The notes beneath the pieces were generated by a model, which worked only from the letters and a program-made list of their open reading frames with translations, was not told the origin of the DNA and made no database searches. A stretch of 63,258 nt of DNA, filler included, from Sphaeroforma arctica JP610 (lineage: Eukaryota), in NCBI RefSeq assembly GCF_001186125.1. It is 6 parts of one record of this genome, joined end to end, with 100 filler letters (N's around TTAATTAATTAA, not from the genome) between each part and the next. Parts side by side here need not be neighbours in the genome. Positions count along the whole stretch, not along the records: positions 16,635 to 41,944 come from NW_014040546.1; 5 more parts are not named here. One strand, given 5' to 3'. Positions 24,620-35,834 of the stretch are shown here, one piece after another (position 1 is the stretch's first letter; each line of letters starts with the position of its first letter). The position numbers and the translations under genes were made by a program.

Positions 24620-25266
24620 GTGATAACATATCCGGTAAATGGTTATGTATCCCTGGTAGATGTTTGATATCTAAATAAAACCTTGATAGTGTATCATGCC
24701 ATCGGCTCAGTAATTAAGAGTCTGGCTTCATTTCCTCCATATATTGAAGGGACTTCTGATCGCACATCAGCGTAAAAGCTGTTCCGTATAAGGATTCGCG
24801 AAAGCGTGTTAGAGCTGCTACTATGGCTAGTAGCTCTTGCTTCACAGATGTATACTTCAACTGTGATGCTTTCATTGCTCGGCTAAAGAATTGTATATAC
24901 CTAGGTTTATTATCTATAACCTGGGATAGTACACCTCCGAGTGCTAGGTCTTATGCGTCCGTTGCTATTTCAAAAGGCACGCCATCGACTGGTCCTTGTA
25001 CAACAGGGGCCTGTTGGACTGCGTTCTTGAGCGCTTTAAATGCGTCATCACACTCTTTAGTCCACAAATCTCCTAGTTTGCCTTTATGACATCTTAAGTG
25101 TCCAAAGGGTTTAAGATAATCAGCCAAGTGTGGTACTCCATCTGAAAAGAAGTTTACAAACCCACACATGCTGTTCACATCCCTTCCTGTAGTCGGTGTT
25201 CGCCAATCTAACAGGTTTTCTACCTTACTGGGGTCGATTTTAATACCTTCCCCAGATATACGGTAG
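24620..25266 (-). pseudogene. Element B RT C-terminal part, connection and RNase H
   Basis: YLG...WRTPTTGRDVNSMCGFVNFF...WTKECDDAFKALKNAVQQAPV...IATDA...FFSRAM...KQELLAIV...CDQKSL...HLPDMLSR. Confidence 0.9.
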
Positions 25267-25286
25267 NNNNNNNNNNNNNNNNNNNN

Positions 25287-25501
25287 GTATAAGTTTTGTC
25301 ATCTGCTAAGAGTAAGTGGGTAGTTTGTGTGCGCCTTTCAATGTCTTTCATTAATGCAAAGCGGTCGGATATACATGAAATTTCTGAACCAGGATCAATC
25401 AATGCAAAGACTTTATTTCCATTGCAATATACAGGTATTATTACACGCTCGTCTAAAGAGTCGTTGTATTTCCTTTGAAATGATTGTACCTGGTAGTACT
25501 T
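25287..25501 (-). pseudogene. Element B aspartic protease (N-terminal half)
   Basis: VYCNGNKVFALIDPGSEISCIS...LLLADD; truncated by a gap. Confidence 0.8.
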
Positions 25502-27733
25502 TCACTCCAATTTAATGTCGGGCTTTTTGTCACAAGACTTGGCGTGATAGCTATTGGTCTTCTCACACTTGTCACACTTAGTAAGAAAGTGTGCACAGGC
25601 GGGTGCATGTCTGCCATTCCAATAACCGTAAGGGGTCAATTGGTACATGTCATACCCACACTGTGCGTCGGCGCATTTCTTAATCTCCCTAAATGAAGGT
25701 TCCTTGTCCTTTGCCTCTGCGCGGGCCCGTTCATTGGGTCGCATTGATTGAGTGGAGTCACGAGCACGTGTCTGGTTAGGACGCGTCTGATGAGGTTTAT
25801 CATCTGACGTCTGGCGTGAGAGGTATCCTTGATCAGCGTGCTCGCGCTGTTTTTTATTTACCGCCTTTCCCTTCGAGGTTTCTCGGTGTGCGGGGAAAAG
25901 AGTAGATACAGTAACATAAATGTTCCCACGCAAGTCGGGATAGATAAAACTTTGTTTCATGTCCCTTGTCTCGAGCCTCAGTAGCGTATTTACGTCGCAA
26001 CTCGGTGTACAGACTTTCACGGGCGTTGTTCCCTATGTTCTTACAGAAAACATGCATAACCAGGAACTCGTACCATCGCAGCGCCTTGTCCTTTGTTATA
26101 TCTGGACGTTTAAGGTCAGCATCAAGTTTCAGAACATAACTCTGAATAAGAGTATTCTCAATTGGTTTAGTTAAGATTGAACTCAGTCCTGGACTTCGCA
26201 TGTCCTTGCTTAATAAGGACGTAACCAACCAACACACAACTGGCCAGTCACGATAAGTTTCTAGCTCATGCTGGTGTCGTTGCAAGATCAAGTAATTTGT
26301 TCCTGTAGGGTCAAACGACTGCATTAAAGCGGAAATTCATGGCTTGAGTGCGATATCATTCGTCTCCAGCATGACCAGAAACGTATTAAGCGTACGGGTT
26401 AATGTGTCGAGGTCATGGTTGTTTATAAACTCGACCTGCTTGCTGTTGGCATCCCAGTTCGACTTAAGTCGACTGATCTGTCTTTTGTACCTCTGGTTAT
26501 CCCTGTGGTCTTGACCACGTTGGGCCTGAAGTAGCTGATCGATGCGCTTCTTCTTGATCGCGATCATATTAGCAAAATATGATACGTCATCAGCATGGTG
26601 CTCGTCGTGGGTGATTTCCATCTTAATGGTGTAATCGTCGACCGATTTATTAAGTTCGGTCACCTTGTCAGAGTGGAAATCTTCTGCGGGCTGGTGTAAT
26701 GCTGTGCGATCGAAGCGATTAAATTCGACATCGTTAACACGTCTACGGGGGTGTTTATTACCCCTTGTATAGTCCATGGTCGAGGCCTGTCGGTGCTCTA
26801 TTCCTCGGATAGTAGTTGTATTATATTCTTGGGTGATTCATGCATCTGGGTAACATACCCAGTCTTAACTGGTTTTCGACGATTGTGGTCTCAGTTGGGT
26901 AAAAGTGGTGGAGTAATTTTTACCTGCCTCTGAGTCTATAATACCCTCAAGGACGGGCGACTCATGGCCGGGTGTTAGAACAGGCGAGTAATTAGCCTGA
27001 AGTTCTGGTGGTAGTACTTCGTAAGGTATAGATACGCTGAACACATCTGGCTCATCTGTCACAGGTGCAGCGCTCAGCCCTTTACGATTTTCGGGCGTAA
27101 ATGTCTGTCGACGTTCTGTCCACCTCTGTAGGGCTTCAGTAGTGCCCGGAAAAACATGCTCGCGTAAGTGCTGTGTATGTTTTCCTGATCTATACATTCG
27201 ATCTGCATGTTCAACAGTCATGTCTTTCATAAGGGCGGCTAACTGATTCTTAAGATCTATGTTTTCAGTAATTAACATACTTATGCGCGTTGGTTCAGTG
27301 GTCTTCGGACGTAGATTCGGGTTTGCCACTTGAGCTTGCCTCTTCTTCTGGTTCCGTTATAGGTACCTTCTGAGATTCGTCTTTGTCTCCTATAATTGGT
27401 GACTTTTCTTTCCGAGTTTCGTCAGAAGAATTGGTTGGGGCGTCTTGAGACGTGTTCCTTGTTTACTTCTTGGATTCGTAAATGCAAGCTTTGAAGTTGA
27501 AGCAATAGTTGGCCCTCGGGCTCTGTCTGTAGGAGTAGTCTCCTTAATCAGAGTGGCTACATCTTTATCCGAATTATTGTCCTGTTGACTATTATTGTCG
27601 GAGACAAGTGCTTCGGCTACGGTGCGGTTGCTTCTGCGGCAGCTGTAGCTGTGGCAGCGTTAGTGGCTTCTCTCCCTATCTTCTTACGTTCAGCCTTGCG
27701 TTTCTTTGCAGGTATATTGTCTTTCTTTGTCAT
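25502..27733 (-). pseudogene. Element B gag, frameshifted
   Basis: Starts MTKKDNIPAKKRK at 27733; fragments 26865-27329, 26337-26777, 25854-26324, 25502-26020; ends in the same Cys/His array as element A gag. Confidence 0.75.
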
Positions 27734-27858
27734 AATCTTAACTTATGACTTCAGTCTTTTTCTCTTAAGGAATGACTGTGCTTAAGAAAAATTCGTGGTA
27801 GTTATATACCTTTACGTTCAAGTAGTCTGAGTAGTTAATACCTTTGTTAACTTTGCAA

Positions 27859-28624
27859 TGTTAAAGATTCGGTCAATTAAGGCGATATTAACACCTTAGA
27901 GTAATTAATCGCTTAAATTAAGTCTAAGTATATCAAAATTTAAAAGTAAATAAACGAAATGAGTCTTTTAGTACAGTTAGGTATGCCTCGTGAAAAAGCA
28001 ATACTCTGAAGGATTGTGAGGCTGAGACATTGCCTATATATAATCCTCTCAGTACTGTTTTCGCCGAAGGGATTTTATTTAGTGTTTCGTTGTTGCTTTA
28101 ATAGAAACTATGGTATGTTTCGTTGGGGCGAATCCGAGAGACTCATAAAATCCTATCTTTGGAAAAAAAGAATAGAAAAAAAAGAAGAAAAAACTCTTGG
28201 ATATCCTTAGTTAGTGCATTAACCAATAACTTGCCACTTATCAAGAATTACCGACTTAACCTTCATTAGACTGGTACATCTGGTTGGCTGAACGGAGGTT
28301 AAACTAGGTATCGCTAATAGTCCCTAGAAACCTATATTCGGTTGAGCCATCTTGCTACCGAAGTATTCAGATATAAATAGATTTGGAAAGTAAATATAGC
28401 TATATTAATAGAACTAGACCAAATCTTATGTTTGGTATTTTACTGGGGCCTTTTAATGGCCTTGTCCAAATATCTGATATGTAAAATGGAAAAGGTATTA
28501 ATTAATAAAACCGTTCAAGACCATTTATGAAACTTAAGTTCCTTGTACTATTAAGAGTACGTTTATAGTTTGCTTAAGAGTACGTTTATAACATAGAGTC
28601 TAATATGGAGGCCCGGCTATTACA
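27859..28624 (-). repeat. 5' LTR of element B
   Basis: Colinear copy of 21672-22438, ending GGAGGCCCGGCTATTACA at 28624. Confidence 0.85.
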
Positions 28625-29563
28625 CCTGGAATTCAGCCGCCAACTTAACAATTTGCGCAGGTAATCATCTGTGTCCCGGCCGTCTGAATCTTCCCCTCCA
28701 GAGTCTGACCCCTGTTCTGATTCAGCATTCGAGGCTCCTTTACCTTGTGGTATTAGGTCTCCCAGTCCCGATTCTATCTGCTTGTGCTTCGATATCTCGG
28801 CAGCTGACTCTATCGTTGGATTTTTCTTCTCCTTGGATTTCTTTGATTTCTTGGGCTTGGTCTTGCCCGTTGTAACTTCATCAAAATACTCGTCACAGCT
28901 TCATCCGCTTGTGGGTCAGGTGTCAAAGAGTGTTCCAAAGGTGTAACTGCCTTCGCTTTCCCTTTACCCTTCGTCATATTCTTCCGATAGTGTATAAACT
29001 TAAAAATATGTAAAAGTCAGACTAACAAAGTAAATTTGCTAAATATAATTTAAGTTTAGCTTCAGCCCTTGGTAATGAGCTAAAGATTAGGGTATGTAAG
29101 ACTGAGACTATTGTCTTTCTGACTCCGCTCCAATCACTCAAAACTTCGGTCTAGATTTATTTGGTGTCAGTAACTAAGATCAGATTTCATTTCATTGGAT
29201 GTATGATATTTTCTTCTGTACCATTTTGCCTCGAAATCACCTTCCAATCGCAATTACCAAAAAATATATCTAAGTCCAACTTAAGAAAAATAAAAATAAA
29301 ATCAAAAACACCATGCTGGTACAGTTAAATGTCTGTACCTATACCCCATCATATGGTACCTAGCTCCCCATTTCATTGAAGACATAGACGGGAATATCTA
29401 GTTGGCCGGCTAGGGGGGATCATTTTCATGCCCCGTTTCTTAGTAGCCTATCTCGCGCTGAGAGTACTTAGTAATACAACTTGTGTCTTCAAGTGTCAAT
29501 ATCACCTGAGGCGCACCCAGTGTTGTATCCCAATATTCCGATGGAAAACATATACATGTTACA
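28625..29563 (-). mobile_element. Probable 5' part of element A (gag N-terminus plus candidate LTR 29095-29563)
   Basis: Minus-strand MTKGKGKAKAVT... from 28977 with a basic/acidic Gag-like N-terminus cut at the element B LTR; TGTAA...TTACA-bounded segment upstream, with no partner LTR to confirm it. Confidence 0.5.
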
Positions 29564-29679
29564 TGTAGAAAAACCATCATATCAATATCAACAGAGTCTC
29601 ATTTATCTGTCGTATACAATTATCAACAGAGTCTCATTCCTCTGTCGTATACATGTAGTTCCAAATATCCAAATTAGAA

Positions 29680-30250
29680 TATTTGTTTGTTTGTTTTCTG
29701 TAAATTCAATACATCTATAATAAGATTATATGATTATTATACGGATAAAGTTATCTACAATTGTATTTCAACGTATACCAGTATATGTTTAGAATATACG
29801 TTAACATGTGCTTCTACTATAGGGATAATATTATTTATTTCAAAGGAGTTAAGTTACAATGTTTGCACATATGGCATGAATCTCATAGTCGTTGTAGTGG
29901 TTCGGGGAAGATCGATGGGAAGAAGTAGACAGTAAATTCCCTATTGAAGCCTGGATCATGTGAGTCGATAATGGAGGATATGCGCTGGGTCAATTCAGGT
30001 CGGTGAACCCGCCGATTTTACACATAGATAGATATATACATAGAAATATAGATTTTGTTTTGTTTGTTTTCTATAAAGTTCAATATATCTATAATAAGAT
30101 TATTTGATTATTATACAGATATAGTTATCTATAATTGCGTTTCAACGTATATCAATATACGTTTAGAATATACGTTAACATGTGCTTCTACTATAGGAAC
30201 TCGTCGATTTTACACATAGATAGATATATACATAGAAACATAGATAAATA
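29680..30250. repeat. Local direct duplication (~140 bp)
   Basis: About 29685-29823 recurs at about 30055-30197 (ATCTATAATAAGATTAT...CGTTAACATGTGCTTCTACTATAGG). Confidence 0.8.
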
Positions 30251-30304
30251 GATAGATACATACTTACAAAACCCTAAAACATATATCATATAGCAGAAAA
30301 AAAT

Positions 30305-30515
30305 ACAAGCAGGCAAGCAGGCAAGCAGGCAAGCAGGCAAGCAGGCAAGCAGGCAAGCAGGCAAGCAGGCAAGCAGGCAAGAAATCAGGCAGATAGGCAG
30401 TGCGTTTACGCAAATATACACGGACACACGCATGCATACTTAGATAGATTGATACATAGTTATATAAAGCAGGAAAAAGCATGCAAGCAGGCATGCAAGC
30501 AGGCAGGCAGACATT

Positions 30516-30551
<36 letters not shown>

Positions 30552-30565
30552 TAGGCAGGCAGACA
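30305..30565. repeat. (GCAAGCAG)n and (GCAG)n simple repeats
   Basis: Directly visible. Confidence 0.9.
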
Positions 30566-31537
30566 GGCATTATTATATGCAAGCATGCATGCGTTCATGC
30601 AAATATGCATGGACGCACGCATGCATACATAGATAGATAAATACATAGATACATGGGTTATTATATGCAAGCATGCATGCGTTCATGCAAATATGCATGG
30701 ACGCACGCATGCATACATAGATAGATAAATACATAGATACATGGATAAATAGACAGAAACATACTTACATACATTATACATACATTATATAGCAGGCAAA
30801 GGCATGCAAGCAGACATGAAAGCAGGCATGGATACTACATACATACATACATACATACATACACAAATAGTTTTAAAGATATAAACGCATAGATAGATAT
30901 ATACATAGACACATAGATACATAGGACCATATCGCGTACCTACCACGTTGTCGACATCTTTAAGCCCTAATCGGGCTATATTTATCATGGATTGCCAGAA
31001 ATGTATTAAGATGGGCCTACTACCTCGAAATTAAATAGACACTCACATTTTTTTTTGTTGTTGCTATGTTTCACTCGTCCGCAGTTACACACTAATATCA
31101 AGGAATACTACAATATGTTTATCTCGTCCTTAGTTCTACACCAAGGCATACTATGACCCATTTCTACGTGTCTGATATCAAAGCATACAATAGCCCACTT
31201 GTACGTGCCTGATTTCAAAGCATACAATAGCCCACTTGTACGTGTCTGATTTCAAAGCATACAATAACCCACTCGCACGTGTCCACAATACTTTCAAAAT
31301 CCACTATAACCGCAATTTATTTCTCAGAGTATAAATTCAACAAAAAAAATATCACTTGGTTTATATACATACGTATGAATACAAGAGCACGGGCGTTAAT
31401 TATTTTATAGTCACGGGTGCCGTATAGACACAATCATCTGTGTTGAGAAGACTGTACAGTCGCTGACTCACTGCGACTCACTGTCCAAATGTCGTATTTT
31501 CTTATTTAGTGTCCACCTAACTCCAAAAAAAAATTAT

Positions 31538-32261
31538 CCACTGTCCAGTCACTCGCCCCCGATAATAAATATGGCGAAAAATTGGCATATTATTTTTTTT
31601 AAATAAAAAATATGCACTGAAAACGTTAAATATGATATTTGAAATATGATATGAAATTTGGATAAAATATGTAATACACATGTTGATTTCCAAAATACGG
31701 CAAAAATAATAATATATGGTATATAAAAATTGAAATATGCCATATTTAAAAATATGCCATAAGTATGCCATATTTCTTATATATGCCATATTTCAAAAAT
31801 ATGCCATATTTTATAATAAATATACCATGTTTCTAAAATATGTCATATTTCTAAAATATGCCATATTTCTGAATAAGGCATATTTATGAAATATGCCATT
31901 TGTACAAAATATATATATATTTACGAAATATTTACAATATATAGTATTTCACGGCTGTATTATAAAAATTGCATAGGCATATAGCCTGTATTTTGCAGTT
32001 CTATCAAAGGATTTATATAGGCATATTGACTGTATTTGTTGTTATATTAAAATATTTATATAGGCAGAGTGGCTGTAGCTAGTAGCTATACGAAAGGAAT
32101 TGTACAGGTGTATAGTAGCTGGTTTATAGCTGATGTAAAATATTGCATATACATTTTATTTTATATACTATCTTATGTAATTTATTTCGTGAATATGTAT
32201 ATTGTACATATGACATATTCCTGACATATACCATATTTGGTNNNNNNNNNNNNNNNNNNNN

Positions 32262-32300
<39 letters not shown>

Positions 32301-33523
32301 ATATATATATTATTGTCTGTGTATATATATTTGTGTTTTCATGGACGTTTATTTCCACATATATAGTTGTGTAACTTCGCAAGTATGCGTGAAAGACCCT
32401 GTAATTTAAACTATACCAAATAAGACGAAATAACATCAAAAATTACAAACGCACACGTTGGACACTCTTATTGACACTATTGTAATCGGGTGATACCCGA
32501 AACCCGATTTTCATGCCAGTTCGATATTTTGTCTCCTGAGCGCATCCTGGTCACAGGAGACATAATCCACACTTGTCACATATCCTGCCAGAAGGGACAT
32601 TGTGAACTTCATAATTCACAGGCATACAAACAATTGTTCACACCTATCAATAGTATTGTCCTTGAGCTCTGTTACCAATTTCAGAGCTATCGTACCAGTA
32701 GTGTAGCGTCAGTTACAATTTAACCTGTTTCCGCTCGATGCATGTTGACCACCTTTTATAATTAAGGTGGCAAATTGTTACCAATTTGAGAATTGATTGA
32801 TTTCTGGAACAAAAAAGGGTGGCAAAAAAAATTCAATCCGGTTTTATACTTGTGGTGTTGAAATACTGACAAGCAATCACATATATTATATACACAAGTC
32901 AAACACATTGATCGTTAGTTTATTTGACTTAAATACAGTGACAATATAAGCTCACATGCCGAAATATGCCACTCCAGTGCACAGTATTCAATTGCCGCTT
33001 AATATGTACATCTTCCTGCTTCACTGTTAAATGATCTCTGTCGAGTTCTATGACTCAGAATAATAATATTATAAAAATGCGTGTTTAGATGTCGTATAAC
33101 TCATGATTTATTTATTATGTGTACTATAGACCTTTTACTTTTTTAGTGTACATAAACCAAGTGTAAGCTTCTATGTTCACACTTAGTAGATTACTATGCT
33201 ACGTTGTGCATATGTGTTGTGCATACACAAGGACTGTTTATCAATGTGTTTGTAAGTTTTAGTATTAACTATCGTCACTCATACTAAATAGCAAAATATG
33301 AAAAATGAACGAAATAAATTTTTAGGAAAGTAATAAATATGAAATAAGTATGCCTTATATTTTTCATAAATATGGCATATTTTATAAAATAGTAGTATTC
33401 CTAAATATGTACATACATTTGTATTTCCTAAAATAATAAAGAAGTGTATAAAACGTTGAAAATAATAATATGCACTTGTACGTTTATTTGTATGTGTTCC
33501 TCGGTCGGGTGCTGACTGCAGTG
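31538..33523. mobile_element. Possible non-autonomous foldback/MITE-like DNA element
   Basis: Imperfect inverted ends (CCACTGTCCAGTCACTCGCCCCCGA vs reverse complement of TCGGTCGGGTGCTGACTGCAGTGG) and AAATATGCCATATTT subterminal arrays at 31730-31900, inverted at about 33345-33390. Confidence 0.4.
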
Positions 33524-35339
33524 GTGAGACTGGTGAGTGAGCTCAAGGCCTCAAGTCGGCACTCATCACCCTTCACACAATTGTAAAAAAAATACATTCT
33601 GATACTACTCGTAAAATCAAGAATAAATAGTATCTCTTTGTAAAAAATGTATAAATTCTGTTTGTCTTCCCAATATAAAACTTTTAAATTAAAAAAGTTG
33701 GTCGTCTGCATAGTATTTAATTTTACTTTTCTACCAAATCATTAACATTCCGATGCTACTCTCGAGCAATAACATGACAAAATTTTGTTTACAATACACA
33801 AATACCACAAGGCAGTAAAGAGTAATATATAACCGTAACCAGTCCAATGGGTCCGATTATTAAAAACATTACTGTGTACAAAAAATCAACACGGTTTGCT
33901 ATGCAAACTACTTTTTTATAGCAAAAACATAGCCTTCTGAAGTTCTTAATCTTGCAAAGAATTTCTTTATACGGCACTGGTAACAATATAATTATTAACG
34001 CCCGAGCCGTGTCCAAAACCGCATCCGGGTCCGTTCGCAAAGGTAGGGTCCATATTTATGGGACCGCCCCAAATAAACCTCGGTCCAGAAAATGGACCAG
34101 GGTACATCACCGACAGGGTCGATATTTATGGGCCCACGTAAGGCGACCTTGACCCCAAGTACCGAACTATTAAGCTTGTATACTTTACGAAAACCAAAAA
34201 GTATCACCTGAAATAGAATATCAATATTCATTACAACGCCTCACCTCTCTAGAGAGTCAATGTTCTGTTAAACTTGTGAGCGTGAGTTCGTGGATCCATA
34301 CTTCTGAACATTATAACAAAAATTTCGTTTCATAGCCTTCTAATTGTACAAGAGAGAAGGCCATGAATGATCGTTTGGTTTGCACAATTGCTCTGTGTTC
34401 AACAATGTTGTTGTTTTTTTTGTCCCGTTCTGTTGTAAATTTCAGGTCCAAGGGATTTCCGATTTTATCCTGTTCTGTGATTTCATTGTGGGTCGCATGT
34501 TTTTTACAAAACAAAAATACTACATTATAAATTGCCTTCTAAAAAGGCTGTGACCAACACACAAGTAAGTTGTTCGGGGCTGTGAGCCTGTGAGTGTGTT
34601 GCAGACTTGCAGAGTTGCAGTGTTGTCACTTGTCACTGTTGGATCAGACAGGCTCAGACAACCAGTGCTGAAAAAAAAGTTCCTTATCCAATCCAGTACA
34701 ATGTTGCACTTGACTTTACGCACGGCCCAATGAGGCTAACCCATCGCTAAAAGCAAGGAGCGTTTCCGAGTTAGGCGTACTAACACTTACGCACACTTTG
34801 AATGAATCCTTGCCATTGGTACAGTTTAAAACACCAGGTCTCTACGAGCGATTTTATGGCTACAACATGTGCCTTCTTTTTAAAGCCGTGGTTGTGTATA
34901 TTGTATTCGCTCCTTCCTTGACACTGACATACCAAAATAGGACACATCTTAGCTGTTTTGCCTTTATTTTACTTCATGATGTGCAAGTGTATTGCATAAT
35001 TATAAAAATTCCTCTAGTTTTTTTTAAATAATATGTTCTGTACTTCTGTAGTCATTCTTTTCGGCTAGAAAATACCTCTGCCTCAAAAATATATTCATGA
35101 TATTCATGAAAAGCATGCACAATAAGAAATACTGAGCATTCCACCAAGAAGTAGATGTGTAGTAAATGGTCCACAGACAACAGACTGCTCACGCGAGTCA
35201 GCCTTTCACACGAGCCAGTCCTGCTTGAAGTTTCGTCTACTGTTATTCAGAAATTTAGTATAAATATAATGTCATTAAGTATATTATTTGCATTCTCTGA
35301 AGTTATTCTATCCAGCACATTTAAGTATAACCATTCAAT

Positions 35340-35834
35340 ATGAGATTTTCAATTGTAGCTGCCACTGCCACGTTGATGCTTGCCGCTAGTGTCAGCGCCA
35401 AGGCCGAGTGCGAGGATTTCACTGCGTCAATCTACCTGGGCAATGACGAGTGTGATGGCGACAAAAAAGACCCAATCATTATTACGAACCCTATCAAGCT
35501 CTCGAAAAAATGTAATAATGTTAAGATAGCCGTTGGTAGTTTGAAGGTTGACGGATCAGTGATTGTAGATATTGATGAAGATGGTGACGAGGACGCCGAA
35601 TTCGACCCTCTCACTTCGACAATTTTCCTCGGAAAGAACTGTAAAGAGGAATCAGAGATCACCACACAGAAAGATATCCAGATAGCAGATTGTGTGGACG
35701 GATTCAAAATTTTAGGCCAAGATTCCTCGGTCGAGCTCCTGTGCAAGAAAAAGACTGGTGACGATGACGATGACGATGACGATGATGATGATGATGGTGA
35801 CGACGACGACGACGACGACGATGACGACGAGTAA
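35340..35834 (+). CDS. Intronless secreted Cys-containing protein with C-terminal poly-Asp tail
   Basis: 164-aa ORF; signal-peptide-like MRFSIVAATATLMLAASVSA; six Cys; mixed GAT/GAC Asp codons; TATAA just upstream. Confidence 0.8.
   Translation: MRFSIVAATATLMLAASVSAKAECEDFTASIYLGNDECDGDKKDPIIITNPIKLSKKCNNVKIAVGSLKVDGSVIVDIDEDGDEDAEFDPLTSTIFLGKNCKEESEITTQKDIQIADCVDGFKILGQDSSVELLCKKKTGDDDDDDDDDDDDGDDDDDDDDDDE

Larger units (their letters stand above)
21672..28624 (-). mobile_element. Ty3/gypsy-type LTR retrotransposon B, both LTRs present: gag-PR-RT-RNaseH-MTase-integrase; decayed
   Basis: Direct repeats of about 767 bp at both ends, PPT, and all Pol domains in gypsy order; RT core falls in the N gap at 25267-25286. 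Confidence 0.92.

Noticed and set aside
17101..28624. Classification as DIRS elements because of the MT domain
   Set aside because: No tyrosine recombinase seen; a DDE integrase, aspartic protease, direct LTRs and PPT are present.
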